Assembly (NCBI GenBank): GCA_947311515.1
Contig: CAMZLB010000025.1
Location: 1 to 61,448, forward strand
Length of the DNA stretch: 61,448 nt
Direction of reading: 5' to 3'
Source of the DNA: Candidatus Moraniibacteriota bacterium
GTDB taxonomy: Bacteria; Patescibacteriota; Minisyncoccia; Moranbacterales; GCA-2747515
The position numbers and the translations under genes were made by a program. This document shows, one piece after another, positions 1 to 10,244 of this stretch. Position 1 is the stretch's first letter; every line of letters begins with the position of its first letter. The notes beneath the pieces are model-generated. The model was not told the origin of the DNA. It searched no databases and saw only the letters and a list, made by a program, of their open reading frames with translations.

Positions 1-133
1 AACTTTTGTGTCCACTTATACTATATAATACAATATTATTCTTGTCAATTGCCAGTATTTATATTATATTAGTATAATAGATAGAGACTAATTTCACACA
101 TAATGAACTGTCTGGAATTATCTAACTTATCCC

Positions 134-265
134 TCAAGAAGGATCTAAAAACTTCAAAATCATTTTTATTTTTTTATAAAATACAATTTACAAAAACCCT
201 AAAAATATATTTCAAATTTATTTTCTTAATTTTTACTAATAATTTAGTTTTTCAGACCGCTCTAA
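134..265. mobile_element. Degenerate copy of ~150-bp MITE-like repeat (family 1)
   Basis: Shares AAAATACAATTTACAAAAACC and the ACTAATAA..TAGTTTT.CAG segment with the reverse complement of 48408-48556, and similar blocks with 14148-14300. Confidence 0.6.
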
Positions 266-296
266 AGAGATAAGCTTATCACATTTAAACTTAATT

Positions 297-1439
297 ATGT
301 CTAAAAATCTCTTAGAACAAAAAATACTACTAGTAACCAGACCCCTATGTGAACCATGGGATGAGGCAAGTAAAAACTTTGCCTTTGATCTCGCAAAAAA
401 CGTAACTACAAAAAATATATCCATACTAACACATGGAATAATCAAAAACACTCCTGAGCACATAACGCAAGAAAATATATATACAAAATCACAGTTCAAT
501 CTTTTTCAAAAGATATTACTACTATTCTTTTTATGCAGAAAAGCAAAAAATTATGAAATAATTCATTTATTATTTACTCCTACCAAATTAAATAGCTGGG
601 TAATCAAAAAACTATTACCTGCAAATGTAAAAATAATCCAAACAATCGCAACTGTACGAGATGATATTTACCCAAAAAAAGATCTTAGAAAAATCTACTT
701 TGCAAATACTTTAGTAACGTATTCTAAATTTGCAGAAAAAAAGGTAAATGAAATTTTCAAAAATAACTCTACAAAAAATATTTCTCAAATTTATCCTGGT
801 ATAAATCTAACTAAATTCACTCCAAGTAAAAAGGATACCGAACTTTTAAAAAAGTGGTCCATTAATGAAAAAGATATTATCGTAACATATGCTGGTGAAT
901 TTGTAAGACTTGGTGCAACTGATTTAATAATTGATGCCTTCATTAAAATTTGGGCAAATCCAGCAAATCATCATATCAAATATCTATGTGCATGTAGGAT
1001 AAAGAATGATGCAGATATGGCTAAAAAAAATGATGTAATAATAAGATTTACTAAAGCAGGACATTTGGATAAAGTTATATTTAGCGATACTTTCTCCGAT
1101 ATGAATGCTTTGTACAATGTATCTAATATAATGATTTTTCCAGTTACAAAGATGCAAGGGAAATTTGATGTGCCTCTTGCTATGATAGAACCCTACGCTT
1201 GCAAAAAACCTGTTATTTCGTCAGACCTTCCAATATTTGAAGAGTTTTCATCAAAGGAAATCAATGTTATAATTAAAAGCGGCAACGAAAAAGAACTTGT
1301 GAAATCTATACTATCACTATCAGATAACACCTCTAAATGTACCGAGCTAGGCGAAGAATCTTATATATTTGCACATAAAACCTTCAATATATCTAAAATA
1401 TCAAAACAATATACTAAACTATATGACAAACTCCAATAA
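297..1439 (+). CDS. Glycosyltransferase family 4 (GT-B fold)
   Basis: YPGINL, YAGEF, IMIFP and PLAMIEPYACKKPVISSD GT4 signature segments. Confidence 0.9.
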   Translation: MSKNLLEQKILLVTRPLCEPWDEASKNFAFDLAKNVTTKNISILTHGIIKNTPEHITQENIYTKSQFNLFQKILLLFFLCRKAKNYEIIHLLFTPTKLNSWVIKKLLPANVKIIQTIATVRDDIYPKKDLRKIYFANTLVTYSKFAEKKVNEIFKNNSTKNISQIYPGINLTKFTPSKKDTELLKKWSINEKDIIVTYAGEFVRLGATDLIIDAFIKIWANPANHHIKYLCACRIKNDADMAKKNDVIIRFTKAGHLDKVIFSDTFSDMNALYNVSNIMIFPVTKMQGKFDVPLAMIEPYACKKPVISSDLPIFEEFSSKEINVIIKSGNEKELVKSILSLSDNTSKCTELGEESYIFAHKTFNISKISKQYTKLYDKLQ

Positions 1440-2931
1440 AAACATTGTTAAGTTAAATGAGCATCACAATTCATTCAAAACTGATAAAATGAAAGTTCCT
1501 GCTACTTTTCTTATGTCAGAAAATTTATTTCCAAAAAAAGATACTTTTCAACAAATAGAGAATATTGCTTGTAATGATTGCTTATTTCACTCAATAGCAG
1601 CTCTACCTGATGTCATGTCAAAACCTGGTAGAAAAAATGCCTCTGGTACTACCATAGTTAGTAAAAATCATTTATTACCTCAAGTAAATGATTCTGACCC
1701 TAATTGTGGTATGAGAGTTGTTAAAACTAATTTAACAGAAGATAATATCTCAGAACAAGATTTGGATAAATTATTCAAAAAACTAGTCTATAAAGTGCCT
1801 ACGAAAGCATTAGTTGGTACAAAAGTTCCCTATCATGTAATCGTTGACTTATGTAGAGGTGGCACACAAGCACTTATAGACCATTTAGACATAAAAACAA
1901 AGAATGAATTAGAAAATTCTCAAGGCAAGGGTAACTATTTTGGAAAAATAATATCAAAACAAGATTTATTTGATGCTGTTCCTCAATTATATTTACATTT
2001 TGCTCAATTTAGACTTGGGCTCATAGGTGCGGCTGGCAATCATTTCATGGATCTCATGAAAGTTACAGAAATAGTTGAACCTGAAATTTCCAAAAAATTT
2101 GGCATAAAAAAAGGTCAGTATCTATTTATGGTTCACACCGGATCTGGAATACTTGGTCAATACACAATGTATACCTATACTGCAAAAAAACGAGAGCATT
2201 TATCTCAATCCATAATGGTCAATCTTGGACAAGCAACATTTAAAACAACAAAAAAAGATGTTTATAAAACAATTAAAAAAGCAATAGAAAAACACATGAA
2301 CGGTGATGACTCTTTACTTAAATATGATGCAAATGGTGATGATGGAAAACTTTATATGACAGCTAGAAATGCGGCTAGCAATTTTGGCACAGCAAACAGA
2401 GCTACAATAATCCATAATATTTCAGAAACTATCAAAGAAGTGTTGGGACGTGATCCTGAAATGGATTTATTGTATGACTTGCCTCATATATCCATTGAAA
2501 AAGAAAATCATTTTGATGAAGATGTATGGGTTCATAGAAATAATACTTCCAGAGCCTATGGACCTGCTAAAATGCAAAATCATCCGATATTCAAAGACAC
2601 AGGTGAGCCGGTATTTATTCCATCATCCATGAGCACTGAAGCTTACATCGGGGTTGGAACGGATACAAACACAGATAGCTTTTTTAGTGCCCCACATGGC
2701 ACAGGAAAAGGTGTGAAAACTTCAGAAAAAAACGTCCCAAAAAACAGAGAAGAGTTGATGAAAAAAATGAAAAATAAAGGAGTGAAATTATATAATGCAC
2801 AATCCTCAAAAACTATAGAGCAGGATTCTTCTCAATACAAAGATGTTTCTAGCGTTATAAAAGGAGTAGAAGACAATGGAATAGCAAAAATAATAGCTAA
2901 AATGAAACCTATTAGCGTTATAATGTATTAA
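1423..2931 (+). CDS. Divergent RtcB-family ligase-like protein
   Basis: Motifs LPDV, DPNCGMR, GNHF, MVHTGS, DLPH, WVHR, IPSSM, SAPHGTGK, EQDSSQYK occur in RtcB order. ATG 1423 overlapping the GT4 end is preferred over TTG 1369. Confidence 0.88.
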   Translation: MTNSNKNIVKLNEHHNSFKTDKMKVPATFLMSENLFPKKDTFQQIENIACNDCLFHSIAALPDVMSKPGRKNASGTTIVSKNHLLPQVNDSDPNCGMRVVKTNLTEDNISEQDLDKLFKKLVYKVPTKALVGTKVPYHVIVDLCRGGTQALIDHLDIKTKNELENSQGKGNYFGKIISKQDLFDAVPQLYLHFAQFRLGLIGAAGNHFMDLMKVTEIVEPEISKKFGIKKGQYLFMVHTGSGILGQYTMYTYTAKKREHLSQSIMVNLGQATFKTTKKDVYKTIKKAIEKHMNGDDSLLKYDANGDDGKLYMTARNAASNFGTANRATIIHNISETIKEVLGRDPEMDLLYDLPHISIEKENHFDEDVWVHRNNTSRAYGPAKMQNHPIFKDTGEPVFIPSSMSTEAYIGVGTDTNTDSFFSAPHGTGKGVKTSEKNVPKNREELMKKMKNKGVKLYNAQSSKTIEQDSSQYKDVSSVIKGVEDNGIAKIIAKMKPISVIMY

Positions 2932-2937
2932 TAAACT

Positions 2938-3537
2938 ATGAGTTTAAACATTATAACACTATCTGGAGTTGATGGTTCTGGCAAATCAACACAAATTGAT
3001 TTATTAAAAAAGTACTTAGATGATAACGGAGCAAAAACTTATTATTTTCATGCGATATCATTTTCACTTGCAAATACCAATAAAAATTTTGTAACAGGTA
3101 AATCCCCAGCTGTAACAAAAGCTTCATGGAATAAAGTTCAACTTAGAAAGCTAGTATTTATTTTAGACTCAATTAGATTCAGGATTCTTATAAAAAAATT
3201 AGAGCGTGACAACTACACACATTTGGTTTCTGATAGATATTTCTTTGATACTATTATTAATATATTATTTTTATCTAATGAGAAAAAAATATATTCATTT
3301 GGCGTCAATCTACTTGTAAAAATTATTAAAAGCCCTAATTTTGCTTTTTATATAGATATCTCAGCGGAAGAAATTCAAAGTAGAGATAGAAATATAGAAC
3401 AAGGGACTTCTTACATAAAGAAAAAAATTATCATTTTTAAACAGACCATTAAGGACTGGAATATACAATCAATAGATGGAGAGAGAAATCAGCTCATAAT
3501 AGCTAAAGATTTACAGCAAAAAATTAAATTGCATTAA
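2938..3537 (+). CDS. Thymidylate-kinase-like P-loop kinase
   Basis: GVDGSGKSTQ P-loop and SDRY motif; the REP motif of canonical Tmk is absent. Confidence 0.8.
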   Translation: MSLNIITLSGVDGSGKSTQIDLLKKYLDDNGAKTYYFHAISFSLANTNKNFVTGKSPAVTKASWNKVQLRKLVFILDSIRFRILIKKLERDNYTHLVSDRYFFDTIINILFLSNEKKIYSFGVNLLVKIIKSPNFAFYIDISAEEIQSRDRNIEQGTSYIKKKIIIFKQTIKDWNIQSIDGERNQLIIAKDLQQKIKLH

Positions 3538-3549
3538 AAATTTTGTCAG

Positions 3550-4830
3550 ATGAAAAAAACCTTAACATTATCTTTTATTTTTCTTATTTTTGCCGAATTC
3601 GTTTATAACATCTCATCTTATGTTATCAAATTTGGACTAGGTCATACACTAGGAGTCGCCGAATATGGAAGATATAGTATAGTATTATCCTTTACAACCA
3701 TGCTCATAGTACTTGCAGGGCGTGGAATACCAACGGCTATGACTAAACGTATTAGCGAACAATTAAGAGACTGGGACAAAATACTAGGAATTAAAAAAAC
3801 TTCAGCAAAATTGCAACTTGTCATAATATTTTCTATAACTATTATTTTCTTTTTTTCAGCTCCGCTTATAGCTAATGCATTTGGTGATAGTAGCCTCACC
3901 AACCTTTTTAGATTAAGTAGCCTACTCATACCTTCTTTTGCTCTTTCATCTTTTCATGTTGCCTATTTCAATGGACTAAAGGCCTTTGGAATGATGACTG
4001 CGTTAAAAAGCTCACGTGGAATTTTTCGTGGAATTTTTATAGTAACTGGTGCTTTTTTCTATGGACTTCATGGTGCTATAATTGGAGCCATACTCTCTCC
4101 ACTTGCAGTTTATCTGGTAGCAATCACTCTTGAGAAATTTTATATTAAAAAACCTACTAATACAAAAATATCATACTATAATTCAAAAGATATTATGTCT
4201 TATGCTTATAAATTTATAGTATTTTTATTTTTTTATGAATTTTTTACAAGAATTGATATCTATCTAATTAAATCTTTACTACATGATGATAGATTAACTG
4301 GACTATATGATTCTGCCATAACTACGGCACTTATTCCGTTTTATGCTGTATTTGCTCTGACATTTGTTTTATTTCCTACCATGTCCAAACTTACATCCAA
4401 TAATGAAATTCAAAAAATTAGAAAACTACTTCTAAGAATTTTTATATTTCTAATTTTATCGCTTAGCTCTGCATCCACTATACTTTTCTTTTTTCCAGAC
4501 TTTATAATCACATTACTTTTTGGCTCAAATTTTTCAGAAGCGAGCACACTTATACCATTTATGATTGGTGGTACATTTTTTGGTACTATCTTTTATATTT
4601 TTGCTTCTGTTTTAAATGGTTCAGGATATACCAAAATAACTTCATCTATAGTAGCAATAGCTCTAACTATAAGTACAATTGCAAATACATTATTTTTACC
4701 AATATATGGCACAATAGCAACAGCATTGATATTTTCAATGACATCAACTCTTATGGGTATAAGCATACTATTCTTTGTATATCTCAAATTTTTTAAAAGC
4801 ACATCTCATACAAATTTTCAAAAATATTAA
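3550..4830 (+). CDS. Wzx/MOP-family oligosaccharide flippase
   Basis: About 12 hydrophobic segments; LGVAEYGRY, RIDIYLI, GLYDSA and LFPTMS motifs. Confidence 0.88.
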   Translation: MKKTLTLSFIFLIFAEFVYNISSYVIKFGLGHTLGVAEYGRYSIVLSFTTMLIVLAGRGIPTAMTKRISEQLRDWDKILGIKKTSAKLQLVIIFSITIIFFFSAPLIANAFGDSSLTNLFRLSSLLIPSFALSSFHVAYFNGLKAFGMMTALKSSRGIFRGIFIVTGAFFYGLHGAIIGAILSPLAVYLVAITLEKFYIKKPTNTKISYYNSKDIMSYAYKFIVFLFFYEFFTRIDIYLIKSLLHDDRLTGLYDSAITTALIPFYAVFALTFVLFPTMSKLTSNNEIQKIRKLLLRIFIFLILSLSSASTILFFFPDFIITLLFGSNFSEASTLIPFMIGGTFFGTIFYIFASVLNGSGYTKITSSIVAIALTISTIANTLFLPIYGTIATALIFSMTSTLMGISILFFVYLKFFKSTSHTNFQKY

Positions 4831-4963
4831 TTAGCTAATTTCAAATTTAACTGAAAAGTATTTTTTGAAAAAAAATTTTAAAAAACTAAATTTATTTGTT
4901 TTAACTTGAACTTATTACCATAGAGTGATAATATTAATATATACAATATTTAATTTATCTATT

Positions 4964-7081
4964 ATGCACGAAAAGTACACAAAGCCCTATGATGCTTCAC
5001 TTATAGAAAATTCTATTTACAAAAAATGGGAAGAATCTGGATATTTCAATCCTGATAAATTGCCTGGAAAAAGAGAGGAGAGCTTTTGTATAGTCATGCC
5101 ACCTACGAATGCTAACGGAAAACTTCATGCAGGTCACGGTTCAGATTTTGTCATTAAAGATATTATAGGAAGGTATCAACGTATGATTGGTAAAAAGGTA
5201 TTACTATTACCAAGCACTGATCATGGAGGATTTGAAACTCAAGGAGTATATGAAAAAAATCTGCAAAAAGAGGGTCGCTCCCGATTTGGAATGAGTAAAG
5301 CTCAATTATACGATGAGATATATACTTTTGTAGAAAAAAATATACACAATATAGAAAATGATGTAAAAAAACTTGGAACTTCTTGTGATTGGTCCAGAAA
5401 TAAATTCACAATGCAAAAAGATATAATAGAAAAAGTCAAAGACACCTTTATTAAAATGTACAAAGATGGATTGATTTATAGAGGGAATCGTTCAATACAT
5501 TGGAATCCTAAATTTAAAACATCCTTAGCTGACATAGAAACTAAATTTGAAGATAAAACAGAACCATTTTATTATTTTAAATATGGTCCTTTTGAAATAG
5601 CTACATCTCGTCCAGAAACTAAATTTGGAGATAAATACGTAGTTATGCATCCAGATGATAAAAGATATAGTAATTGGAAAGAAGGAGACACTTTTGAAGC
5701 AGAATGGTTAAATGGAAAAATAACTGGAACTGTTCTAAAAGATGAAGCTATTGATATGGAATTTGGAACAGGTGTTATGACTATAACTCCATGGCATGAT
5801 GCTACTGATTTTGAAATTGCTCAAAGACATGGACTAGACTATGAGCAAATTATTGATTTAGATGGACGCTTAATGGATATTGCTGGAGAGTTTTCTGGTA
5901 TGAAAGTGCATATTGCTCGTCCTAAAGTTGTAGAAAAATTAAAAGAAAAGGGCTTAGTTACAAAAATAGAACAAAAACATACACATGCAGTAAGAGTTTG
6001 TGAAAGAACTGGTGTCATATTGGAGCCTCAGTTAATGGAACAATGGTTTGTAAAAATGAAACCTCTTACAGAGCTTGCATTAAAAGCCTTAAAAGAGAAA
6101 AGATTTTCTTTTGTTTCAAAACAATTTGAAAAAACCTTCAGATATTGGATGGAAAATTCAATAGATTGGAATATCTCTAGACAAATAGCTTGGGGAATTA
6201 CAATACCAGCATGGTTTAAAAATAAAGGAGAAGAAAATGAGGAAATTATAGTATCAAATACAAAGCCGGCTGGAGATGGGTGGAAACAGGACACTGACAC
6301 TTTCGATACATGGTTCTCTTCTGGACAATGGCCTCTTTTAGCATTAGGATACCCAAATAATTCTGATTTCAAAAACTTTTTTCCAACTGATGTAATGGAA
6401 ACAGGAAGAGATTTAGTTTTCAAATGGGTTCCTAAAATGATAATGTTTAGTTTATACCTGACTAAAGAAATTCCTTTTAAAGTTATTTATCTCCACGGTA
6501 TGGTCCTAGATAGAAAAGGACAAAAAATGAGCAAATCCAAAGGTAACACGTTGTCTCCGCTTGAACTTTCTGACGAATTCGGTACTGACGCTATGCGAAT
6601 GTCTTTTATAATAGGAAACACACCTGGAAAAGATATGCCCCTGACTACCAATAAAGTTAATGCTTATAAAAAGTTTGCAAACAAACTATGGAATATATCT
6701 AGATTCATTTACTCTAATACTGAAAATTTTGATTTTGATAATTTTGATACCTCTCTACTTGAAAAAGATCAACTAAATAAGATCGAAGAATTGGATGAAT
6801 TCAAAAAAGATTTATCAAAGGATATAGATGAATATAGACTTTATCTCGCAGCAGAAAAAATATATCATTTTATTTGGCATGAGCTTGCAGATAAAATTAT
6901 AGAAGATACTAAAGATTCTGTAATATCAGAAAATAAAGATATAAAAAATCAATATCTACTACTCAAATTTTTACATGAATCATTAAAAATGCTACATCCA
7001 TTTATGCCATTCATAACAGAAGAGATTTGGAAAGACTTCCCTATCAAAGATAAAGACTTGTTGATAGTTGAGAAATGGTAA
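4964..7081 (+). CDS. valS: Valyl-tRNA synthetase (lacks C-terminal coiled coil)
   Basis: HAGH (HIGH), DWNISRQ, DTFDTWFSS and KMSKS motifs; ATG 4964 preferred. Confidence 0.95.
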   Translation: MHEKYTKPYDASLIENSIYKKWEESGYFNPDKLPGKREESFCIVMPPTNANGKLHAGHGSDFVIKDIIGRYQRMIGKKVLLLPSTDHGGFETQGVYEKNLQKEGRSRFGMSKAQLYDEIYTFVEKNIHNIENDVKKLGTSCDWSRNKFTMQKDIIEKVKDTFIKMYKDGLIYRGNRSIHWNPKFKTSLADIETKFEDKTEPFYYFKYGPFEIATSRPETKFGDKYVVMHPDDKRYSNWKEGDTFEAEWLNGKITGTVLKDEAIDMEFGTGVMTITPWHDATDFEIAQRHGLDYEQIIDLDGRLMDIAGEFSGMKVHIARPKVVEKLKEKGLVTKIEQKHTHAVRVCERTGVILEPQLMEQWFVKMKPLTELALKALKEKRFSFVSKQFEKTFRYWMENSIDWNISRQIAWGITIPAWFKNKGEENEEIIVSNTKPAGDGWKQDTDTFDTWFSSGQWPLLALGYPNNSDFKNFFPTDVMETGRDLVFKWVPKMIMFSLYLTKEIPFKVIYLHGMVLDRKGQKMSKSKGNTLSPLELSDEFGTDAMRMSFIIGNTPGKDMPLTTNKVNAYKKFANKLWNISRFIYSNTENFDFDNFDTSLLEKDQLNKIEELDEFKKDLSKDIDEYRLYLAAEKIYHFIWHELADKIIEDTKDSVISENKDIKNQYLLLKFLHESLKMLHPFMPFITEEIWKDFPIKDKDLLIVEKW

Positions 7082-7557
7082 CGACTTTTATACAATCATT
7101 ATCTTTTGGAGGACTTGCAATTATAGGTGCTTTCATTGTTCAGGCTTTTGCAATAACCCTTATTTCAGTTTTCACAAGGGATCCTGGTATAAACTCTATT
7201 TTTGAACTAAATAATACATTTCTTGCTATAACAATAATTGCATTAATTGAAGAAGTATTTAGAATTGCACTTATAAAAAAATTAATAGACATAAGCAATA
7301 ATTCAAATATATTGTTTAAAGGATTTTCTTTTGGTTTCGGATTTTCTATGATTGAATTATTTTTCATATCTCAAAGCGTTCAACTAAATCCCTCTATTCT
7401 TTCTCTTGTGTCTGTGTTTATGTTTCATGTTTTAATAAGTATGTTTACTTTTTATAAATTAAATAAACATAGATATACTATTCAAGTAATCATTTCCCTG
7501 TTAATTGCTGTATCAGCACACATAATTTACAATATACTAGTAAATACTTTAACTTGA
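7075..7557 (+). CDS. PrsW/YhfC-like intramembrane glutamic protease
   Basis: ALIEEVFR, GFGFSMIE and AHIIYN motifs in a hydrophobic protein; start overlaps the valS stop. Confidence 0.7.
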   Translation: MVTTFIQSLSFGGLAIIGAFIVQAFAITLISVFTRDPGINSIFELNNTFLAITIIALIEEVFRIALIKKLIDISNNSNILFKGFSFGFGFSMIELFFISQSVQLNPSILSLVSVFMFHVLISMFTFYKLNKHRYTIQVIISLLIAVSAHIIYNILVNTLT

Positions 7558-7728
7558 AAATAAGATACTACTTTAAATCTATATTTTTTACGAATAAGCG
7601 TAATTTTAAAATCTATTTTTGTCTTTATTATTTAGTATTTTTATCTCTTATATATCAAAAATAGACATACCCATTATTTCTTATATGTTTTTTAAAAGAA
7701 TTCAAAAAAGGTGTATGACTAAACCATA

Positions 7729-8679
7729 TTACTTTTTGTATAGTTTTTTTCTTTCTTTGTATAATAATTCTTCTGTAAGAATTCTGGAATTTTTGACCAT
7801 GTCTGCTATGAGTGCAAATATCACAAATTGTAAACCTATCAAAAATAATGCTATCGAAGTAAATAAATAATTTCTATTTGCCTCAAATTGCATTTCTGGT
7901 AAATATCTAATTAAAAAGAGTATCAAAGCTATTGAACTAAGTACCAAAAGACCGAGTCCAGGCCAACCAAAAAACTTCATGGGTCGGATATCTCTAAAAG
8001 CTTTTATAATTATTTTCATGGAATTATTTACATACTTCCAAATTGTTTTGACAACACGAGATTTTCTAGTGGTGTGATATGTAACATTTACAGGTACCCA
8101 TATTATTCTTAAATTTTTACCTATAGCGTCTATTATAGTTTCTTGTGTATATGTAAATCCTATTGGCGTATTCAATCTCAATAAAGATTCTAAATTATGA
8201 GCTCTAAATCCACATGTTAAATCCGCAACAGGATAATCAAGTGAACTACCAACAATCCATGCAGCTAGTCTATTTAATTTATCTTTTGCAAAAGGTATAT
8301 CTTTTGCTGAATTCTCAGAAAATCTATCTGCAGAAACTATATCAGCCTTACCTTTTAATATAGGATCTATAATTTTTTGAATATCTTTTGGATTAAATTG
8401 ACCATCTGCATCAATATTCACCAAAATGTCCGCATTATTTTTAATAGCACTATCCCTCATAGTAGAGAACATCTTTCCTAATCCTAAATTTCTACCATGA
8501 GAAATTATTATATCAGCTCCTGCTTTTTTAGCAACTTCTACAGTATTATCAGTTGAACCATCATCAATCACTTGAATCAAAATTTTAGATATTCCTTCAA
8601 AAGATTTTGGGATTTTTTTTATTGTTTCTCTAATATTCCCTCCTTCATTTAATGCTGGTAAATTTACTATTAATTTCAT
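7729..8679 (-). CDS. Glycosyltransferase family 2 (DPM/DPG-synthase-like) with C-terminal TM helices
   Basis: PALNE, VIDDGSTD, DADGQ and GFRA motifs; ATG 8679 preferred. Confidence 0.9.
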   Translation of the reverse strand: MKLIVNLPALNEGGNIRETIKKIPKSFEGISKILIQVIDDGSTDNTVEVAKKAGADIIISHGRNLGLGKMFSTMRDSAIKNNADILVNIDADGQFNPKDIQKIIDPILKGKADIVSADRFSENSAKDIPFAKDKLNRLAAWIVGSSLDYPVADLTCGFRAHNLESLLRLNTPIGFTYTQETIIDAIGKNLRIIWVPVNVTYHTTRKSRVVKTIWKYVNNSMKIIIKAFRDIRPMKFFGWPGLGLLVLSSIALILFLIRYLPEMQFEANRNYLFTSIALFLIGLQFVIFALIADMVKNSRILTEELLYKERKKLYKK

Positions 8680-8744
8680 AATTAAAACTATATAATTTTC
8701 TAATATTTGTATCAATATATTTATTATATAACAAAACAATAAAT

Positions 8745-8771
8745 AAAAACATGTCAATATAACATGTTTTT
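8745..8771. terminator. Intrinsic terminator-like hairpin after the dehydrogenase gene
   Basis: AAAAACATGT-7nt-ACATGTTTTT. Confidence 0.6.
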
Positions 8772-8790
8772 ATAAATATGTATTCGTTGA

Positions 8791-10071
8791 CTATCTTCCG
8801 ATACCTCCATAAATAACTTTATTATTTTCTATATCTTTTTTATCTAAAGAATTCTTACCATCTATTATAATTTTAATATTATTTTTTCTTAATAATTCCC
8901 CATTTACAGAAGAAAACTCTTTATGATTTGTTATAAGAATAATAACTTCAGATTTTTCCAAAATAGACTCTAAGCTTTCACAAGACGATTTTTTCTTTAT
9001 GTGTGGATCAAAACTATGCACATTTGCTCCAAATTTTTTCAAAATCTTTTCTATATTATAATACGGTGATTCCCTATCATCATCTACATTAGCCTTATAG
9101 GCAATACCTAAGATACCAACATTTGTTCCGTTTAATGGCATTTTCAAATCATTTAACGAGTTCTGTAACTTATTCACTGTATAAGCTGGCATTGAATTGT
9201 TTATATTTCTAGAAGTTCTTAAAAATTTATGATCAAATCCAGCTTGCTTTGCTTTTTCTATCAGATAATAAGGATCCACTGGAATGCAATGTCCTCCAAT
9301 TCCACATGATGGATAATGTGGCATGAAAGCAAATGGTTTTGTAGCTGCTCCATCTATAACATCTTTTACATCTATTCCTAAAACATCAAAAGACTTAGCT
9401 AACTCATTTACAAAAGCAATGTTTATATCTCTAAACGAATTCTCAACAACTTTACATGCCTCTGCTTCACGAATATGCTTCATAGAACGAATTTCTCCGT
9501 CAATTATTGACTCATAAAACTTAACTGCAATATTCAATCCTCTTTTTGTAAAAGCTCCGACAACTCTAGGAATATTTGTAACATTCCACATAGCATCTCC
9601 TGGATTAATTCGTTCTGGACAATGAGCAATAAAAACATCCTCACCTGTTTTAAATCCAGCCTCATCAAAAATAGGCTTTACAATATCCTCGGAAACACCT
9701 GGATTCACAGTAGATTCTAAAACTACCAAAGTACCTTTTTTCATATTTCTAGCAACCATTTCACATGCACCTTTCACTGGTCCTATATTTGGCTTATACA
9801 TCGCATCGACTGGAGTAGGAACACAAATCAATACCACATCAGCCTTTTTAATCTCCTTTTCATGCAATGTTGCCCTTATTGGAAATTTTGGCAGATTTTC
9901 ATAAAGATATTCATCTTCTATTGGAGAAATTCCTTTATTTATCAAATCAACTTTTTCCTCACTTCTTTCAATTCCTATAACTTCATATCCTTTTTCTTTT
10001 GCTCTAACAGCAAGAGGTAATCCTACATATCCAAGTCCTATAACCACAACGGTTTTTATTGTATCAGTCAT
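8791..10071 (-). CDS. UDP-N-acetylhexosamine dehydrogenase (WecC/WbpA family)
   Basis: GLGYVGLP, CVPTP, ESTVNPG, PERINPG, GGHCIPVDP and AYK..VDDDRESP motifs. Confidence 0.93.
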   Translation of the reverse strand: MTDTIKTVVVIGLGYVGLPLAVRAKEKGYEVIGIERSEEKVDLINKGISPIEDEYLYENLPKFPIRATLHEKEIKKADVVLICVPTPVDAMYKPNIGPVKGACEMVARNMKKGTLVVLESTVNPGVSEDIVKPIFDEAGFKTGEDVFIAHCPERINPGDAMWNVTNIPRVVGAFTKRGLNIAVKFYESIIDGEIRSMKHIREAEACKVVENSFRDINIAFVNELAKSFDVLGIDVKDVIDGAATKPFAFMPHYPSCGIGGHCIPVDPYYLIEKAKQAGFDHKFLRTSRNINNSMPAYTVNKLQNSLNDLKMPLNGTNVGILGIAYKANVDDDRESPYYNIEKILKKFGANVHSFDPHIKKKSSCESLESILEKSEVIILITNHKEFSSVNGELLRKNNIKIIIDGKNSLDKKDIENNKVIYGGIGR

Positions 10072-10244
10072 TTTTGTGAAAGCTATTTTTATACAACAAG
10101 AACTAATCTTTTTATATAAAAATATACTTAATTATATAAATTATTTAACTTTTCTATTTAAATTTTTAAATATTTTTTACTATCTATACTTAGGGTACTG
10201 TATATTACTATATTTGTAAATATTTTATATATTAACACATTTTC

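Noticed and set aside
103..273. Short ORF starting MNCLELSN upstream of GT4
   Set aside because: It runs almost entirely through the AT-rich MITE-like repeat and is likely fortuitous.
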